Part shown: one piece after another, positions 26,388 to 39,469 of the stretch
Numbering within the stretch: position 1 is the first letter of the stretch
How the letters are laid out: the number at the start of each line of letters is the position of its first letter
The notes under the pieces: model-generated
Told to the model about the DNA's origin: nothing
Database searches by the model: none
Seen by the model: only the letters and a program-made list of their open reading frames with translations
Source of the DNA: Vicugna vicugna
Lineage: Eukaryota
Reading direction: 5' to 3'
Length of the DNA stretch: 64,000 nt
Assembly (NCBI GenBank): GCA_013265495.1
Contig: MU058000.1
Coordinates: 1,860,001-1,924,000, forward strand
Position numbers and translations under genes: made by a program

Positions 26388-27029
26388 TCTCCTTTTAGTT
26401 CAGCAACATGGCTGGTTCATGACTTGTGCCAAATAGTTATTCGTATCTTCACATTTTAGCAAGGTCACCAAAACCAGGGCACTCACTTCTGAGGCAGTCT
26501 TGCTAAGAGAGGCATGCCTTCTCCCATTCCCCAAGCTATTTCCATAATCTCTTGACCTTCATCTGAATATTCAGAGATTCAGGCAAAAATCCACAATTCC
26601 TCAAACCGAACGTCTGCCCTCCAGCTCTGTGTCCCTCCGCCAGAGTGACGGGCGCTGCTGAACCGTCCTTTATCACCAGCAGGTTGCACTGGCATTTCTG
26701 CTTCAGACCATCAAACAGTAAATCATCATGAGGGACCCTGAGCCAACCCTGGAAACGTGTGCCCTTTCCAGCCCAGCACTTGCCTGGTTGCTCAGTTCCA
26801 TGAACTGCTGACTTATAAGAGCTTCTCACACAATGTGCTAGTAATCCAATTATTAAAGTTTAGCTGGGGGAACTTATCCCAAACAAAGCAGCGCACATTG
26901 GCATTCGAAAGAAAGGGGCCAGGCAAGTCAAAAGCTTTGGAGCTACCAGAGCAGCAGTGCCGAATGACTGATGAAATTCCTTTTGTCTGTTCAATCAGAC
27001 CTTTCACGTAAAGAGTAAAGAGCATCTCT

Positions 27030-27945
27030 CCTTGCTACAAATCTGGGCGTCTTGACAGCGGATTTAATTTGGCCTCGCTTTCTGCCTGATGTGGAGTGAC
27101 ACGCCATGCAGGCTGGCCGGGCACAGCAGGTGGACGGAACTGCACGCGGGGCTCTTCAGCTCCCACCTCCTCCCTCTCCTGATCCTCAGGAGGTGCAAGG
27201 GGGTGCAAGGTACTGCGTCCGGGTCCCGGGAACGGAGGTGGCACTTCCTGTCTGGAGGCAACTCCTACAGGCGGAGAGTGGGACTGAATTGACGAGTGGC
27301 ATGCCGTTCGGCTTTCCTCCGCAGTTCAGAGTCATGCTAAAGAGCACATGGTAAAGAGTCTGAAATGGATTCCGCCGCTTCTCCGTGATGCGGCCTGAGG
27401 GAGGTGACTTCACGCCTGTTAGCGTCCGTGTCCTCATCCCTAAAACGAGGGAAATACTAGTTCATACCTCGAAGGCTTATGGTGAGACTCTAAGCAAAAT
27501 ATCTGACACAGGCTATGGACTTGACTAGTATTTGCCATCAGCAAAATACGTTATAGTTTAGTAATAATAGTGTCAATGGTATGGCCCGATCTATGCTTTC
27601 TAGATTAAAACAGCCTATAGATTAAGCCTGCCTAATGAAAACGGTAACTTTGACCTTTAGAAAGCCATCAGACTGCCGTGCTTAATTTAACATGAATGCG
27701 ATTAGCATCTCGCAGCCGCCGCCGTGGGGTCTTTAACTATCGCCTGTGAGGAATCGGAAGCCTCTAGAAACCAGGTGTGCTGGGCAACTGCCAGGAAAGC
27801 CCAGTTAGAGAGCCGGGCGGAGATGTGGTCGGGCGTGAGGGCGAGAGTTGTTACTGCGCCGGCATTCCACGAGCGAGACGGGCAGGGGGGTGCCGAGGCG
27901 GATCTTTCCACCTGGGTTGTTCGGTTCACGGCGTCGCTTGCTCTT
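27030..27945. other. CpG-rich/GC-rich block (weak CpG-island-like)
   Basis: Dense CpGs at 27030-27440 and 27700-27945 against a CpG-poor background; ETS-like cacttcctg near 27242. Confidence 0.6.
27330..27520 (+). mobile_element. MIR SINE, GC-shifted
   Basis: 'ggtgacttcacgcctgttagcgtccgtgtcctcatccctaaaacgagggaaatactagttcatacctc' aligns by eye to MIR core 'agttacttaacctctctgtgcctcagtttcctcatctgtaaaatggggataataatagtacctacctc'. Confidence 0.65.
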
Positions 27946-28252
27946 TAAATGTCACAACACACAGCTTTAGAGAAGGGTTTCGCAAAGGTTAGCAGAGTAA
28001 TATAAAGTCCAGAAATCAGTGTGACACTCCAGCTGTTATGTTCCCTTAAATCCAGAGGGAACAAACAACTTTGGGAAACAAATCCATTTTTCTGCCTCCT
28101 AATGTTTCTGCTTTCTTAAATTCATGTTAAAAAAAAAAAGGATATGTGAATTGGACAAATGAAACAGAAAACAATAGACATAAAATGTGAATTTGTAGGC
28201 AAATTGTATAAAAATTGCGCAAAAATATGTTTTTGTGACATGCCTGCTTCAA

Positions 28253-28283
<31 letters not shown>
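28253..28283. repeat. Interrupted (TG)n microsatellite
   Basis: Direct reading. Confidence 0.95.
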
Positions 28284-29079
28284 ACCGTGCGTGTATGTCA
28301 TATAATGTCTCCACCTGGCATTCCAGAGTTATTATTTCCTGTCATTTCTGCACTCTGCGCACCTTGGACGTTCAGACCTTGCTCCAGTGGGCTCACGTGC
28401 CTGTGAGTCCTGACCCCAGGGATCCTGTTCTTAACTGTCAAGAAGCTGCAGGTGCCTTCTGCTTTCTCTCCTCCCCAAACCGCTGCGTACCCCACCATGC
28501 ATTTTTTCTTCTCTGTCTTTGCACAATGCGTTACTAACACTGGGCTGATTCATGAAACAGACTTTTACTGAGACTTGTAAACCATCCAGAAAAGGTCACA
28601 GTCTCAAAAATTGCTGTCTTACGGTACCTCCCGTCCTTTGTAATATGGTCAACTTTTCCCGACTAGTCTTCCATTTAGCCTTCATTTACCTGTAAGTTAC
28701 TGGAAATTCTCTCCCGTCATTGAATTGGATCCTTGTCTTATCTTTCTCCCTCTCTTGTTTTCTCTACCAGCAGCACCCCTGTCTTCACCTGCATTTTAAG
28801 GAAGCATTGATAGCTTCATTGCTTCACTATGAAGCACATTCTAGCTTAATTCTTCTACCATGTTCCAGAAACTACAAGTGTGTATTTTAAAAGTCGCTGA
28901 AGTATTATGCAAAGCAATAAGCTCATCTATCCTGGGTTTCAAATTACACACCCCCTTTTAAGTCATACTGTGCTTCCCATTTCTAAGAAAGTATCCCTCC
29001 CACCAAAGCAAATCCCAGAGACAACGTGTGGATGTGGGAAGATTCCTTTCATTTACAAGAATGCAATGCTCGTGTCTAG

Positions 29080-29310
29080 GATAATGACAACCACTGGCAC
29101 TCGGAGAGAGCTTGCAGGACGCCAGGCACTGTGCCAGATGCTTTCTCGGCCTCAATTAGTAAATCCTCGCGGAGAGCTCTGGAGGGAAGTGCTATTACAT
29201 TTTCCGTCCTCCATTTGAGGAAATTGAGACTTGGACAAGGATGGTAACCGACTAAAGGCGGCAGAGGTTAAGTTTGGGGTGAAGCCCAGCTGGCGTGACG
29301 GGGGGCTCTT
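29080..29310 (-). mobile_element. MIR SINE, GC-shifted
   Basis: 'gccaggcactgtgccagatgcttt...aatcctcgcgg...tgaggaaattgagactt'. Confidence 0.7.
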
Positions 29311-30074
29311 GTTGCTGTCACGGAACTGCTGCTACCTGCGAGTTACTGTCAGCCTGAACCATGGCTGACTCACTGGGCCATACGGAGGAATCTCCACCCA
29401 TTCATAATGGACTCAGCCTAGCCTGGCCTCCCAAAGCCAACCGAATTTATTTGCCATTTGAGTTCTGACTTTGGTACAGTAGGGAGCTTAGTGGAAAGAG
29501 AACCAGAGAGCCACAGACACTGTAGATAGGTGACATTTGAAAAAACTGTTCATATACCTGAGTCTCATTTTTTTCATCTAGAAGTTGGGAGAACAGTATG
29601 TTTCCAACTCTCTCCTTTATCATGAAACACCAAAGTTGAATTTGAAAAAAAAGGCATAGGTTTCTTGACATTTAAAAACTCCACAGAAATGCCTGCCACA
29701 GGCTCCTTGAACAATCATCATTATTAGTCTTTTGTATAGTTGTGTATATCCACCAGTGACTACAACCAACCGTTTCCCTGTCTCCCCAAGGCTTTGTTGT
29801 TGCATTTAAAAAACTGCCATTCAGTTTATTTTATTTTATTATTTTAGTGCTACATTGCTATTTTAATGATACAAATAACAGTTGATGACTAGAGAAAATT
29901 TTATCACAGCACCATCCCTCCAAATACGATACATTGAAGTCTGACAGTATTTACAATATAAAATTTGCACATTACCATACTGAGGTCACTAGACTATTTG
30001 GAGTACACACCCTGTACCTGATGCTTTATTGTCTTCACTCTATTTTCTTTGAATATCTAAATGTGATGGTATTT

Positions 30075-30240
30075 ATTTATTTTTAACACCTTTATTATGG
30101 TATGGTTCCTGTACAGTAAGCTACACATATTTCAAATGTACAATTTGATGAATTTTGATAAATGTAGCTATCTTGACTTTGGTAGTGGTTTCATTGGTGT
30201 ATACATCTATCAAAATTCATTCAATTTATATTACATTTAG
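30075..30240. mobile_element. Two oppositely oriented old L1M 3'UTR fragments
   Basis: Antisense 'tacacatatttcaaatgtacaatttgatgaattttgataaatgta' followed by sense 'tatcttgactttggtagtggtttcattggtgtatacatctatcaaaattcat'. Confidence 0.7.
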
Positions 30241-33200
30241 CAGAATGTAAAAAATTTGCAAACTGATTTAGGAAAAGAAAGCAGCATGGGCATCATTTTC
30301 CTGAATTCACTACATTTTTAATTGCATCCAACACTCAGTAAAGGGCACAGTTTATTTACACTGAGGAGAAACTGGCACCAGAGAAGTTTCTGGCTCTCCA
30401 TCACTCGTATTTTTTAGTAATTAGCCTCTGGGAACCTCAGGGTAAGTGCAAGTGTGCTACCAGTCCTTGGGCTGATCCGTAGCTCTCCTCTGCGTGCTAG
30501 AGTCTTGGAATTCCCCTGCAGACTTCACTTTCTGGGATGAATTTCAAAGCAGATTCATTATCAGACATCTGCCAGGGTCACTTTGAGTGTGATGTGGGTA
30601 TTAGCATTAAGTCAGCAATGAAAAAAATCAAAGACAGATGCCTCCTTTTTCAAAGGAAAGTGGATTTTTTATTTCCCTTAAAAAGTAACTACATAGCACT
30701 TAATTTTATCATATTTTAAGCTGTGAGTTTATCTCTTACTACTGGTAGGGAGCGGAGAGAAGACCCACAACTCAACCCAAAGAGTCAGAGACATTTCTAC
30801 CAAATACACTATCTCATGTCTCTAGGGGCCGTTCGTCCTGAAGGCACATCCTCTCTCTCGATGCATCCCTGTACTTACCAGACCACACGCCTAATAGAAG
30901 CACCACAGCAGCAGGTTTTCAGGTGCCCACCATTGATGTCAGTTTTGGTAGCTGAAGATAGAGAGTGGCTCAGAGAGGAGCTGGGCAGGATGACAAAGCA
31001 CATTCACCAGCTAGTGCCACAAAAGACCTAAATCATATCTGAGTGCCAAACAGCAGAGCAGCAAGGGAGCGGCCGAGGCTGTCTGCTTAGCACTGTTTTC
31101 CCTTCACTGTGTGCTTTACCCGGTACCGAGCAAAACTTCACTACATGGTACGTATGATAAAGTCAATTTAATGAAATAGTGATTAAATGAATAAATGACT
31201 GAGTAAAATAATGGGCAATTAAATCCTTCGTTCTGCATTCCACTCTCAAGTTGCATCCCTTCTATGATTTCTTCTCCCCTCTGCCTCCCTTCCCCCTTAA
31301 AACCTTGCAGTTTACTTAAAGCAGGCAATGCTGAACACACACAAACACACACTCAAATATGTGCTAATCAGGTGGGCGAAGAGCATGCCGGGATTTGTCC
31401 GATAGCATTCACGACCTTAAGAATGAACTTGGCTTTGCCCCAGAGCACCTAATTCAGCAACTGCCATCCCTGTTCAGTCTCACAAAAACTAGCTCAGGTA
31501 GAGGAGAAACTGTTGTGTTTTCTCAGCTGCTACTTTCAAAATCTCTACTCACCTGTGGCTAAAGGCAGGGGTATGACTCCAGCAAGAGCCTCTCTTCGCT
31601 AAGGACAATAATAAGAATAATGAAGGCAGAGGTTTGAACCCAGAGGACGTGGCCCTTGCTCTGCTGGTTCTCACACATACCATCATAAGTAAGAAGTGCA
31701 TCCACAGGTCACCCTCTCTAGTATAATTTATTCTCAGCCAAAGGGCTGTAAGAGGGAAAAATGGCCTTTCATGGAATTCTCTAGAAATGCTCAAAGACCT
31801 AGAAACCCGAGTTGGTGACTTGTTTCAGAAGACTGCAGCTTGAGCTAAGATTTCTGACTGAGGAACAGTTACTCTGCAGAAGAGAGATGAGTGGGACGTT
31901 CTGGAGGGGAGGGTAGTTAGAGAAAACAGAGGGAGTAGGGAGCGAGGAAATGAAGAGAAGGCTCAAGTGGGCACAAGAAAGAACATGTAACACGTGGATT
32001 ACCCTTCCCTGCCCTCCCTCAAAGACCCAGTAATGTCCCTAAATCCGCTGGAGTTTTGAGTGTGTGTACTTTTGTATAAAACGATAGTGGGGAAGACTTT
32101 CACTGGAGGGGCATGAGAGACAACAAATGTAGCTTAGGTCTTCGCTGGTCCTCACCATAAAATCCTAATTCTTAGAAAGGAAACCAAAAAATATATATAT
32201 TTGGAAAGAGTTGGACTTTGACACACTATAGAAGTAATTCCTCATTAATGATACACAGATTTTCAAACGCTCAGTGTGCACCAGCTGACTCCTGGGTTAC
32301 AGCTGTAAAACGAATGGATAAGACCTTGAACACTGGAAAATGAGGAGGGCAGCATATTTCTCGTTTTAAGAAACATTGTTCTCCATAGGCCCATTTCCAA
32401 GATTGTGCTACAGGATTTCGGTCCTCTGCAAACCCTTATGAGTGACGATGCTACAAAGCGTGATAATCCTTGTAGCCTGTTCAGCTTTAAATGCCCTTGA
32501 AGATGTTGCCAGCAGATGATAAACTGAGTTCTGGACAGGAATTCAAATTGCATGGTACTTAACCAAAATGTCCGCATTTGGTTCACCAACAGTGGTGACT
32601 TGGTGCTGCCATCCCTGACTTCTCACGTACATCTTCCACTCTCTCCTCAGAATACGTGGTTATCCAAAGCTGAGAAGAAAAGGACAGAATTAGGGCTGAC
32701 TATACCACAGTCAAAATGTGAGGCCAGTAAAACCTCCCCCCTTCTCCTCCCATTAAATGTGCCCCACCATATTGGTTTCCAAGGACATTTTAACTGGAAG
32801 GGCTGAAGAATTTCATTATATGGCAAGTCACACGCTAGAAGAAGACCGGGCTTGGTGAGAGAATACTTCAACTGATCAGGCTGATCACTCAGCTCCCACC
32901 AGCTCTTACAAGCCCTGTAATCCTCTCCTCATTCTCTGCTTTGCTCAGACTCCATTGGACCTTGAATTCCTTTTCTCGGCACAAATGCCATGTGCACGTA
33001 TGCAACGAGAACTCGTAATTTACAATTTAATGAAAATCTACCTCCCCCTGGAGCTTTCCAGCTATCTCTTACATCTTCTGTATTATCGATCACATTTTCC
33101 CTCTACTTCATTATTCCCACCAGCACTCAAACATGCAGTAATATTTCCTTACTTAGTTTCCGAGTCTCCCACCTGCTCTCTGCTATTATTTCTGCTCCCC

Positions 33201-36200
33201 AGTAGAGCAGAACCCATGAATTGCTTGTCTGTACTAGCTGCTTCAATTGCCTCTTCTATGATCCCTGTGTTAGTTCACTCTGATCAGTTTTTCAGTTTTC
33301 AATCCCCCTACGTAACTAGAAGCTTCAAGTGACCTCTACCCTATACAATCTGTTTGATTCTCAGAGCTTCCCTTACTAAGCCTCTCCACACCAACAGACA
33401 AAAAGCTGAACAATCCCTAGTCTATAATGGAGAGTATTAACAATGATGCTGCTCACATGTATACCAGCTATTGTGGGGAGGAGGGTCAAATCAGGCAGCA
33501 AATGTAAAAAGTACTTCGTAAAAAAAAAAATAACCAATATGTGCAAATTAATTTGTTAGAATATTATACAAAATCCAGTTTACTACATCATTTTTAAAAC
33601 TAGCAGAGCTGGGGAAACACAGATGACCACATGCCATCCCTTAATCTTTATAATCTTGAACCTGTGGCATGAGGTGGTGTTTTCTCTATTTTTTTTTTGA
33701 AAAAAAACCTTAGTTTGACACAATCTATAATTTTTTCTTTGTTTCACTCTCTTTCTGCAAAGCTGTCCCTATAATGGGAATAGCAGAGGAATGTGAGCAA
33801 GAGAATAGGTGTGGTCTAGGGCTCGGATAAGTCTGTGTCAAGTTCATGGTTGTAATGTTATGTGCTCCTAGTCCAATGGCTCCAATATTAATCTTCCAAT
33901 TCCTACACTTTAAAAAATAAAAGAGAATGTTCCAGTTGGAAGGACACTCAAGAAAAAACGGTCAAGTTCTTATTTTGTAGACAAAGACTCAAAGTCTTAC
34001 AATAAAGTACCCATCAGTTGAAACTACTATGACTCATAGGTATTGTTCCCTGGACCTGCCTTTCCTTTGCCAGGCTGCCCCTCCTAAGTGCCAAGATTTT
34101 GGAGGGTTTGGGGTATGATAAGCAACTATGGTAGTAATATTAAATAAAAATAATTTTTCAAAGTGGATCCTGGACTAGACTCTTAAGGCTTTGCTGGTGT
34201 AACTGTAGTGCTTAAATCATAGCGATCATCCTTTATCCCAAGTGCTTTCCAAGAAGATCTAGCCTAATACTTTGGATATTTTGGAGTAAAAGGGCAGAAG
34301 TGGGTGGAGGGGAGGGCGGAACATCGCCTGTGTGCCCTTCTCCCACCTCCACCTCCAAGTAGGACCCGCTAGAGATTCGTCCGTTTTCTTCTTCAGAAAA
34401 GACCCTGCCGAGACTCAGTGTGACAATACAGCCTCTTCAGAGGGTGAGCTGGTTGCCCTGAGCTCCTGTATTTGTTTCTTTGTTGTTGTGTGGAAAATTA
34501 CTAAGCTAAGTTTGTTTCAAACTATCAACTGGAAAATCCACCCCTGACTAGAGAGTCTCAGACATATTTGTTCCTGCTTGTGCCTGGCTGATCCCTGAAG
34601 ATTTCTGCTGAATCAGGGGGTTTTTGGTCATGGGCTAATGTGTTCCTAAGATCTAGTTGAAAAGGTAATTGTCTAGAAATCTTCCTTGACTCCACTGATT
34701 CTCCTTACTTTGCACAAGAGTATTTGACTAATATTCAGACACAAAATGCTTTTCTGATCAGATTATGGTAACCAGTACAGAGATACCTTTGGTGACAATG
34801 AATTGGAAAATAAATGTACACAGTACCTAGCCTGAGCCTAACTAACATGACTTTTCTATCTCTCTTTTCCTCAGAAGAACAGTCATAATAACATATTTTT
34901 TAAAGTTTCCACTCACAGACAGATAGACACCTCATTGGCCTCTTCATTCTGCTGCAGGTGGGACTTTCAAGAAACCGCCCCATTGTGACAGCTACTATTA
35001 CTGTTGTTGCTGTTGTTTGGGAGGCCTGGCCGAGAGATACAAAGCCGGACGCTAGGAAAAGGTGGTAAAGGCAGACTTTCTTCAGTGATAACACCTGCCA
35101 TAGGAAAAAGTGCCCAGAGGAAACTGAGCTCAACAGCACCAGAACAAAAGGCAGATAAAAGACCTTTAACGCTGGGGTGCTCTAAAGGAAGGAGACCGAA
35201 GGGCCCTGAGGGGGAGTGGGTCCCTGTGAGTCAGTCATCCGGGTTTGCCGATAGGTGCTCATCCAGAGAAGAAACGGATTTCTCACGTCTTGTGGCAAAA
35301 CGCAGCCGTGCGAGTTACAGCTGGGCGCCCACTGAATTTAGGCCCTTTCCCTCCCACGGGGACTGCAGGTGAGAGCGTTCCCCTTGAGTGTTTGCATTTC
35401 AAAGAGGCTATTCCTAAGTCCTTGAGAAGGCAGTGCTGGGTGGTAGAAGATTTGTGTTTTCAAAGGGGCAGAGAAAGGATATATAATTGCAAAGCTTCTA
35501 AAGTAACTGCTCTAAACAGGAGTTCAAGGGCCCGCCCACCTGTCCCAAGATTTGGGCTGGAATAAACAGTAAATTCTCCTGGTGCTGTTGAGCTTTCTCG
35601 GCAGGCATTTTAAGGGGTCCTTGGGTCATTAGAGGAATATGACCTTCAGCTTCCAGAAGCCAGTTTGGTCAAGTGTAAGAGTTTGGATAGAATCATTTTG
35701 TGCTGAGAGTGTTTTGCAGTTCTTAGGGCCTGTTCAGAGTCAAGTACAGAGTTTGCTGGAACAATGCATGTAATACTGCAAATCAGCCCCTAAACCCTGA
35801 AAGGGACTATTTTTAATCCCTTTCAATATCTGAATTAATTCGGGTTTGCAAAAAGATCACATGATTATTAACTGGTCGGTCTAGTATTTGAAGCCAGTTA
35901 TGTCTTCAAAGGCAGAAATCTTATGAGTTCTCCAAAACGTAAAATCAGTAAACTCTGTCATTTTTTCAGTTTCTTGTTTGAAGAAAATTTTCCTGTTGTA
36001 ATATTTTTCTAGACTTACCTTTTCTAGCTTCCTTTCTTGGTGGGTTTTTAGGTTTAACATCCCCACACCATCTCTCTTTTAAATTGAATTAGAATTTTGA
36101 GTAAAACAAAATGAAGACAAAATAAAATCAATCTCATTCTTTGGAATTTCCTTTCTGCGCCTTCACTTTACCTTCTCTGTGCATTCATGCTTTTCTTTGT

Positions 36201-36304
36201 TTGGAGACAAGGTGGTAAACAGCAGAAGAAAGAGAAAAATGAGACCATAATTGGATGAAAGCAACAAACAGTATTTTAAGATTGCTTCAAAATTAGGCAA
36301 AATG

Positions 36305-36520
36305 CAGGGATTCTCAATTTCAACACAATTAACATTTTGAGCCAGATCATTCTTTGTTGTGGGTGCCGCCCTGTGCGTTGTTAAGATGGTTAGTAGCATC
36401 CCTGGCCTCTTCCAATTACAGGCCAGTAGCAACCTCCCCTGTGTTGTGATTACCAAAAATATCCTCAGATATTGCCACACGTCCCCTGAGAGGCCAAATA
36501 GTCCTAGTCGAGAATCACTG
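36305..36520 (-). mobile_element. MER20 (hAT-Charlie non-autonomous DNA transposon), near full length
   Basis: TIRs cagggattctcaa / tcgagaatcactg; internal 'agcatccctggcctct...ccagtagca...ttgtgattaccaaaaatatcctcagatattgcca'; 216 bp. Confidence 0.92.
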
Positions 36521-36633
36521 GATAAAAACCCACCCCACCCCCACCCCCCCGCAAGAAAGATAAAAAGCATTCTGTTTAATCTGTGTCTCAACTCCTGTCC
36601 TGCTTTGGTGAGTTAAGTCTTCTGAATTTCACC

Positions 36634-37118
36634 TATTGACTGAAATAAAAATCACACAACATGAGAAGTGTGAGTTAAGTTTTATTTGGGGCAAAATGAG
36701 GACTCCAGCCCAGGAGACAGCATCTCAAACAGCTCTGAGGAACCGAAGAGGCAGGGGGACTCAGTATTATATAGGATTTTAGTGAAGAGGGGATGTGCAG
36801 TCAGACACACGTCTAGGCAGGGGCTTGCTGCTGGTCCCAAGGAGCAGATGCACCGTTAATGTTTTATTGCTTTTCTTCATCTAGGGGGCTCATAAAATCT
36901 TCTCCTGAAAGTATCTAACCCTCTGAAGGCCTGTTCTGCCAGTTCTCCCAGAGCGCAGAGCGCCTCATCCCTGACCTCCATCCTGACTCCTTCCAGGGAG
37001 GGTTGGAGGTCAGCGGCTGCAGCAGCTCATGATTTAACCCAAGCAGAGTTAGATGGCAAGTGCCAACGTGATCCAGTCCTTGTAGAGGCAGATGACAAAT
37101 GACAAGTTTTAGTTGGCA
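36634..37118 (-). mobile_element. ERV1 solo LTR, MER41-like (cetartiodactyl)
   Basis: Minus strand begins TG (tgccaact); AATAAA in 'ttgccccaaataaaacttaactcac' near its 3' end; perfect 4-bp TSD cacc at 36630-36633 and 37119-37122. Confidence 0.85.
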
Positions 37119-39469
37119 CACCTATGCTTTTGGATGATGACCTGCTTCAAACTCTGGCCGGTAAACTCACGAACAGCCCGGCCCACCTCGTCTGTGGCCA
37201 CACTGCTTGGCTCAGGTACCAGTTCACTGCTGAGTCCTTGCTTTTATTTGTTTTTTTGTCTCATACTCCAATTTCCTCTGACTCAATTTTTTTTAATGTT
37301 GAAACAGCAATATTTCCAGGAACTAAAGTACTGCTCTGCCTCTCCAGCCTCCCTGAGTGAACTCTTCCTTTCACCTACTTAACCCACCCACTACAGCGCT
37401 GGTCACCCACCCAGTGGGACGCTCTCCACTTCCCCTCCTGCCCAGCACTCTTGATGCTGTGGACTATCTGCCTAGTCCTCTCGAACTCGCGTGCCACTTT
37501 ATAAATAAAGCTGTTCTCACTCAGATAGGCTTCAAAAATTAAACTGTAAGAGCCAAAATCTAAAAAAACAAAAACAATTAATCCTGGAAAAATCACAAGG
37601 ACTGGCAAAAAAAATAACAGAATTAACTTACAGGGGAAAATGTCAAATTCAGCCTCAGGGAGGAGACCACACATTTTTGCAGAAAGAAATCTCAAACTGT
37701 ACCATATAGAAATCAAGGAAACTGAATTGAATTAAAAAAATTTGTTTTAAGACTCCCCATTAGTTCACTTCTCTTTCAGTCACTTTATTCTTTTCCCTTT
37801 TCATATGTTGGTACAGGTGCTTTCACTGTTACTGTTTTCCTGGTTTTATTAGGTGCATTATATATGCTCCGTGGTATACAGTGATGCGTTAAGAAGGTCT
37901 TTGATTGGTTCTCATTTCCCTGATAGGGTTGGATGTGCCATATTATTAAACAGCAGCTGAAAAGATCCCTCAGTTTCAGTTCTTGAATGGATTATAGGTA
38001 AACCAAAGACACCTTGATGTTTTTTGCCTGATTTCATTTTGAATAAGGAGAAGATAAATCTGTTTACATTCAGAATTCAACGTAAAAAAATCCTAGGAAT
38101 TAAATCAACAACCTCAGGAATTAAATCAATGAATAAACAAATCTTCCATATGCAACCACTTTCCTTCAAAGCTCCTATCAGTTTATTTCACTTTATTTCA
38201 AAGCTCCTATCCTAGCCAACTTACCTGCTCACCATTCCTTTGCCTAGCAAGCACTTAGGGGAATTTATGCCATTTAGTGGGAGCCACCATCATCACAGCC
38301 TCTCTTGATTTACAGCTAGGCTGGAATAATTTAATTTAATAAAACTCCATCTTCTAAGGCAGACCGACAATATATCATTTCTTTTGTACCTTTATCTGAA
38401 AAGTACATGGGGATACTTAGCAATCCACATGTTTATTTCATCTTTACCAGAAGGTCCTGTTCCATAACAAATTTAGAACAGAATAGCTTGTAGGTACTTA
38501 ATGCACTCGAACTAAAATACACTCAGAGGACTCACAGTCGTTTGCAGCAATTGTGTATTTTGCAGGAAAAAAAAAACAAATTTTTTTAATGCTTAAAAAA
38601 AAAATCTGTGCCTCTATCAATGATAGGCTCTAATTGCAAATGCTGGGAATCTAAAATTGGTGATGTATTTCTTTCTGATCTTTCATTATTGGTTACATTA
38701 GCTTATTAAGTACATTTCTTATTGAGAAAAGTCCATTGCTTTGCGTAGTCTGAATTAGGTTTGGGGAGAGCTTATCAGATCTTTTTCTTCCTAAAATAAT
38801 TAGAACTCATTTAGTGATGTCACAAACTATTAGATGACACAGAGTACACCTACTGCCTGAACTTACTGATTAGAGAATGTAAAATTCTTCCTAATATTTC
38901 TTTGCTTAACTTGGAGTTGCCATTATTACTTGGTAGTATACTTGGTTTTTTTTTTTTTTTAATCCACATACATTGCTTATTAGGCTCTCACAAGAGAAAC
39001 AAAACAACTTCAGGAGAAGATTCTTGGATCTACTTGGAAGGAGAGCAGTATTTCCACCATTGGCCAAGAAGATGGGAGGTAGTAGTGAAACAGAATTTCT
39101 TAAGAGTCAGAAAAAAAATTACATAATAATGTGCTTGAAAAAAATCAGTGTGCTTTCAAGTAGAAGCCATAGAATTGGGCTTTTAAAGTAGGTCTGAAAA
39201 TATTTCCCTTTTTCAGAAACTAGAAATAGCTAATTAAGAAGATCAAAAAACCAACACAGGCAAGTCTACAGTGTGCAAAGTGGAAGACGTACCTGTGACT
39301 TTACAACATGACCATGAAGAGAAGGAAAGATTCATGATCAAGGCACAGGATTAGAATGACTTATCATCACCGTCATCCATTATAATAATGCATCAACCCC
39401 AACCAGTGCAATACTTCGAATAAACCAGTACATATGATATAATCGTCAAGCAATTATTTAAATCTCCCA

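Noticed and set aside
38095..38129. 14-bp direct repeat aggaattaaatcaa (period 21)
   Set aside because: A small local duplication with no sign of function or of an inserted element.
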